Assembly: GCA_963662585.1 (NCBI GenBank)
Contig: OY759729.1
Span: 2,816,001-2,880,000, forward strand
Reading direction: 5' to 3'
Origin: Candidatus Cloacimonadales bacterium
GTDB lineage: Bacteria; Cloacimonadota; Cloacimonadia; Cloacimonadales; JAFGVF01
Length of the DNA stretch: 64,000 nucleotides
Part shown: positions 61,044 through 64,000 of the stretch, piece after piece
How the letters are laid out: each line of letters opens with the position of its first letter
Numbering within the stretch: position 1 is the first letter of the stretch
Made by a program: the position numbers and the translations under genes
Notes under the pieces: generated by a model
Seen by the model: the letters and a program-made list of their open reading frames with translations, nothing else
The model's database searches: none
What the model was told of the DNA's origin: nothing

Positions 61044-61280
61044 ATATGCCGCCCCTCTAGGGCTATCTTTGGGGAAATCCTTTTGGAGTGTCTTGCGAAC
61101 ACTCCCTATTATATGATATCCCTCCGGGATTTAAGAAAGTAAACTATTAGTTTTATCATTCGGGATTTAAGAAAGTAAACTATTAGTGTTATCCTTCGGG
61201 ATTTAAGAAAGTAAACTATTAGTTTTATCATTCGGGATTTAAGAAGGCAAACTTTTTGTGTTATGCCTCTGGGATTTAAG
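61044..61280. repeat. Inverted copy of the array core followed by ~4 tandem 36-bp units
   Basis: 61044-61130 is the reverse complement of the unit core; cgggatttaag at 61125, 61161, 61197, 61233 and (t)gggatttaag at 61270. Confidence 0.88.
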
Positions 61281-61324
61281 TAGCTTTTTAGCTATATTAT
61301 TTCCACCAAACTTAAAATTGTAGC

Positions 61325-61353
61325 AAAAAAGAAGCCCCTAATTCAAGGGGCTT
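61325..61353 (-). terminator. Intrinsic terminator of the LruC-like gene
   Basis: aagcccct-N6-aggggctt with a T tract on the minus strand. Confidence 0.7.
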
Positions 61354-61382
61354 ACATTTAAATCTAAATTTCACTTTCTATG

Positions 61383-63233
61383 TTAATCACTCCAAGGATT
61401 CTCTGTTAAAGATCTTTCATAATTGTTTATCCAATTTTGATTCTCTTCTCCACCTGAAGTTACCCAGCCTGCGAAATCAGGATAGGCTCTAAAAATTGGA
61501 ATATTCTCTTTAACTGCAGGAACCCAACTATCAGTTGAGAAGTAGAGGGCCCAAGGATAGTTATCTTCTGTTTTATACCAATTACCTGGGAACAACAAAG
61601 AAGCATCATCACCAGCACCAAAATTATCAATATTGGCATATTCTGTAGGAGGGTATCCTGCAAGATGAACTTCTAAATCTCTATGATCACTTCTAAATAA
61701 GAAGAAATCAGGGACTGGATTTTCAGCTTGTTCTTCATTAGGATCAAAGTTGATTCTAAGGGACATATCATCACCTTGAGTGAGATTCATATCTCCGATA
61801 TCATGAATTAAAACTGCTGTATTTGCAGAGAAGTTGTCAAGGTATGTCATTGTTGACCAATCACCATTACTTTGGCCATTTGACCAGTTAGTAGGTAAGG
61901 AGTAGGCAATAATTGAGTTTAACATATTTCCACTTTCTATTGTGTTATAAGTAGTAGTTGAACCTGTTGTAACTGCATCAATAAACCTGACAGCTAATCC
62001 ATTATGCAAACTAGCACCTGCTTTCATTACTTTAAAATATAGATCAAAATAGACTATTTTATTATCAGCATTTACTTTGAAACTAGAGTCTGTTACATAA
62101 ATATAGAGATCATTGAAGTCATAATCACCTTTATCAGGCCATAAATCTTCATACATAATAAATCCACCAGGGACACTTATTTCACCTGCTATATTTGGAT
62201 TTCCTGGTTCTAAATCTTCTGAATTAACTACTCCATCACCATCAGAATCTACTGCTGTAACTTCAGTATCATAGAGATTAACTAGCCAGTTATTTAATCT
62301 TACATTTCCTTGAAGACCATTATATTGACCTACTATAATTAAGTATTTAGCATTGCTAAGACTATTATTTGCTCTATCTGAGAAAAATCTATTAGTATCA
62401 ATATATGACCAAGGTGACCAAGGGAAGAAACTTATGTAGTTCATATTCTCATCTAAAAATATGTAGGTGTTGGTTATATAAGCACGATAAGGACATTGAT
62501 TCAAATCTGCAGTATTAGCAGTTTTGGCACCTTCAAGATTTTCATTAAAGTAATCAAAATCTCCAACATCTAGTGTTTGCATAATTACCCAATCAGTTCC
62601 TAAGAGAAGATGATTGTTAATTCCATTAGCAACACTTCTAATTTCTCCACTACCTTCTGGATTAAACTTATATTTATGCCACCCTGTATTTGCTTGAGGC
62701 ACTTGAGTAGGGATGAAGATGTTATTGCTGGTCATAAAGGTTTGAATCATAGTTGGATCAATATTATTGATTGTCTGGAAATCTGAATCATCATCATCAA
62801 TTACAGAAGAAAAATAGGGGTCAATATTTGGTTCATAAGCAAATCTCTGATTTTCACTACTTGGTACTAGGATAGTATGTTCCTTAGTTGAAGTAGAGAT
62901 TTCTTGAGAAAAGTTATAAGCAGGAACTTCAACGATTAAATTATCATAACCTTTGACAGAGTTAACATTCATAACTAGCTGACCATTTTCTAAGAATTTT
63001 CTGGCTAGAACTTTGCTGTTATGTCTAACCACAACAACATTTTTTTCTTCAATATTAGTATTCTCTAAAGAGATATTTAACTTAATATACTCAAGATTTG
63101 TCCAGTTAAAACCATCAGGAATATCTAAGTTTTGATAATCAAGATCAGTAGATGTTGATTTATCATTGTTACAAGCAACTAATCCAAGTAAAACTATCAA
63201 AATTAAGAAAAGAAGCATTTGTAATCTTTTCAT
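61383..63233 (-). CDS. LruC/DUF4842-domain lipoprotein
   Basis: LVAC lipobox; DSDGDGV, YEDLWPDKGDYDFND, EVHL, PWAL and AYPDF..WV.SGG motifs. Confidence 0.85.
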   Translation of the reverse strand: MKRLQMLLFLILIVLLGLVACNNDKSTSTDLDYQNLDIPDGFNWTNLEYIKLNISLENTNIEEKNVVVVRHNSKVLARKFLENGQLVMNVNSVKGYDNLIVEVPAYNFSQEISTSTKEHTILVPSSENQRFAYEPNIDPYFSSVIDDDDSDFQTINNIDPTMIQTFMTSNNIFIPTQVPQANTGWHKYKFNPEGSGEIRSVANGINNHLLLGTDWVIMQTLDVGDFDYFNENLEGAKTANTADLNQCPYRAYITNTYIFLDENMNYISFFPWSPWSYIDTNRFFSDRANNSLSNAKYLIIVGQYNGLQGNVRLNNWLVNLYDTEVTAVDSDGDGVVNSEDLEPGNPNIAGEISVPGGFIMYEDLWPDKGDYDFNDLYIYVTDSSFKVNADNKIVYFDLYFKVMKAGASLHNGLAVRFIDAVTTGSTTTYNTIESGNMLNSIIAYSLPTNWSNGQSNGDWSTMTYLDNFSANTAVLIHDIGDMNLTQGDDMSLRINFDPNEEQAENPVPDFFLFRSDHRDLEVHLAGYPPTEYANIDNFGAGDDASLLFPGNWYKTEDNYPWALYFSTDSWVPAVKENIPIFRAYPDFAGWVTSGGEENQNWINNYERSLTENPWSD

Positions 63234-63291
63234 TTTTTTTCTCCACTATTTTTTTGAAATTATAAGCAATTTTGTAATTTAAGCAATGAAA

Positions 63292-63791
63292 TTATTTTAA
63301 GACATCGCTAACTGTTGCACTCATTGAAGCAGGAAAAGCCCCAATAATTATTCTTTTCAAGGCAAGAGTGTTATCCCCACACCCCAAGGACATTTTTCTA
63401 AGATTGTAAGAAGCAAGGCAACTATCAGAAAAGCAATAAAATAGGTAGCTACTACTCTTACTACATAATGAATCTTGTTTCATTTCATATAAAACCTATA
63501 GAAATTAAAGTAAACAAACAAAGCAACAAAAAAGATTGATAAAGCTGATAGATATAGAACATTAATGAGTGGGAGTTCATTACCTAGCCCCCAAGTCTCT
63601 GCAGTGAAAGCCATAGGTATGGCTAATAGAGAAGAACCTACTATAACTTGAAGAATATCCCGCGGTTTAAATTCTACCATTAAAGGACGAAGTAAGTGGT
63701 CTAAAATATTACCATCATCATCTTTTATGGGGGTAACTTTATAGAGAGACCTACCAATTCTTTTAACTTGAGTATCGTTTCTAAGATTTAT
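63292..63791 (-). pseudogene. DUF2391-family membrane protein pseudogene
   Basis: RBS followed by ATA instead of ATG (63791), in-frame TGA at 63480-63482 and a frameshift in a G run near 63380; RDILQVIVGSSLLAIP and FPASMSA motifs. Confidence 0.7.
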
Positions 63792-64000
63792 CTATACTCC
63801 TTAATTTAAATATTATGACAATATAAAAATTAGTCAAGTGTTTTTTTTAGATGAGGAATATCTTTTGTTCATGCCAAGTCCAAAGAGAAGAAATGTAGCA
63901 AAGATAATGCTTACAGTATCTGTTAAAGTTTTTAATCAAAAATAGAATATATCCCTCTATTCTTAGAAGAAATTCTCTTAGAGTCTGGCTTCGCTAATAA

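Noticed and set aside
59750..61280. CRISPR array
   Set aside because: Both the 228-bp and 36-bp arrays repeat over their whole length with no unique spacers.
38027..61663. Many short shadow ORFs overlapping housekeeping genes (e.g. 38465-38737, 46317-46757, 54615-54929, 58526-58885)
   Set aside because: Antisense or alternate-frame overlaps of well-supported genes with no independent evidence.
31128..63482. Stop-codon reassignment (in-frame TAA at 31128, TGA at 63480)
   Set aside because: Conserved genes end normally at TAA, TAG and TGA, and both loci carry other lesions.

Overview
AT-rich bacterial chromosome segment. Ca. Cloacimonadota-like origin is inferred from the LPVTLSSF/FlgD-type secreted protein, the FGE-sulfatase protein and the gene order; this was not verified. 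The window has four parts. (1) 1-11.6 kb: structural end of a siphovirus-like prophage with portal, protease-scaffold-capsid fusion, tail tube, holin-like genes, a Dam-type methylase lacking an in-frame start, a -1 frameshifted tail chaperone, tape measure and tail tip. (2) 11.8-26.1 kb: defence island bounded by an intact tRNA-Arg(CCT) and a diverged 3' copy of it. It carries type I R-M with a nested Kiwa system, a GmrSD type IV restriction enzyme and a truncated tyrosine recombinase. (3) 26.3-31.4 kb: a sigma-54 activator divergent from a -24/-12 promoter driving secreted proteins. (4) 33-64 kb: housekeeping genes (pyk, coaE, folP, exbBD, add, infC-rpmI-rplT-pheST-zapBA-6S-rny-ymdB-folD, endoQ, pepP, coaD, dnaB, mlaE, trmL) separated by large mosaics of GC-rich palindromic REP-like repeats. 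The most striking feature is a 720-bp in-frame insert in hsdR: a DUF559 (Vsr-like) endonuclease domain bracketed by inverted arrays of a ~48-bp double-hairpin repeat. The same repeat sits alone and in frame inside hsdM, between prophage genes and in intergenic mosaics, with compensatory stem changes. It is a candidate endonuclease-associated REP-like mobile system that can insert into proteins without breaking the reading frame.
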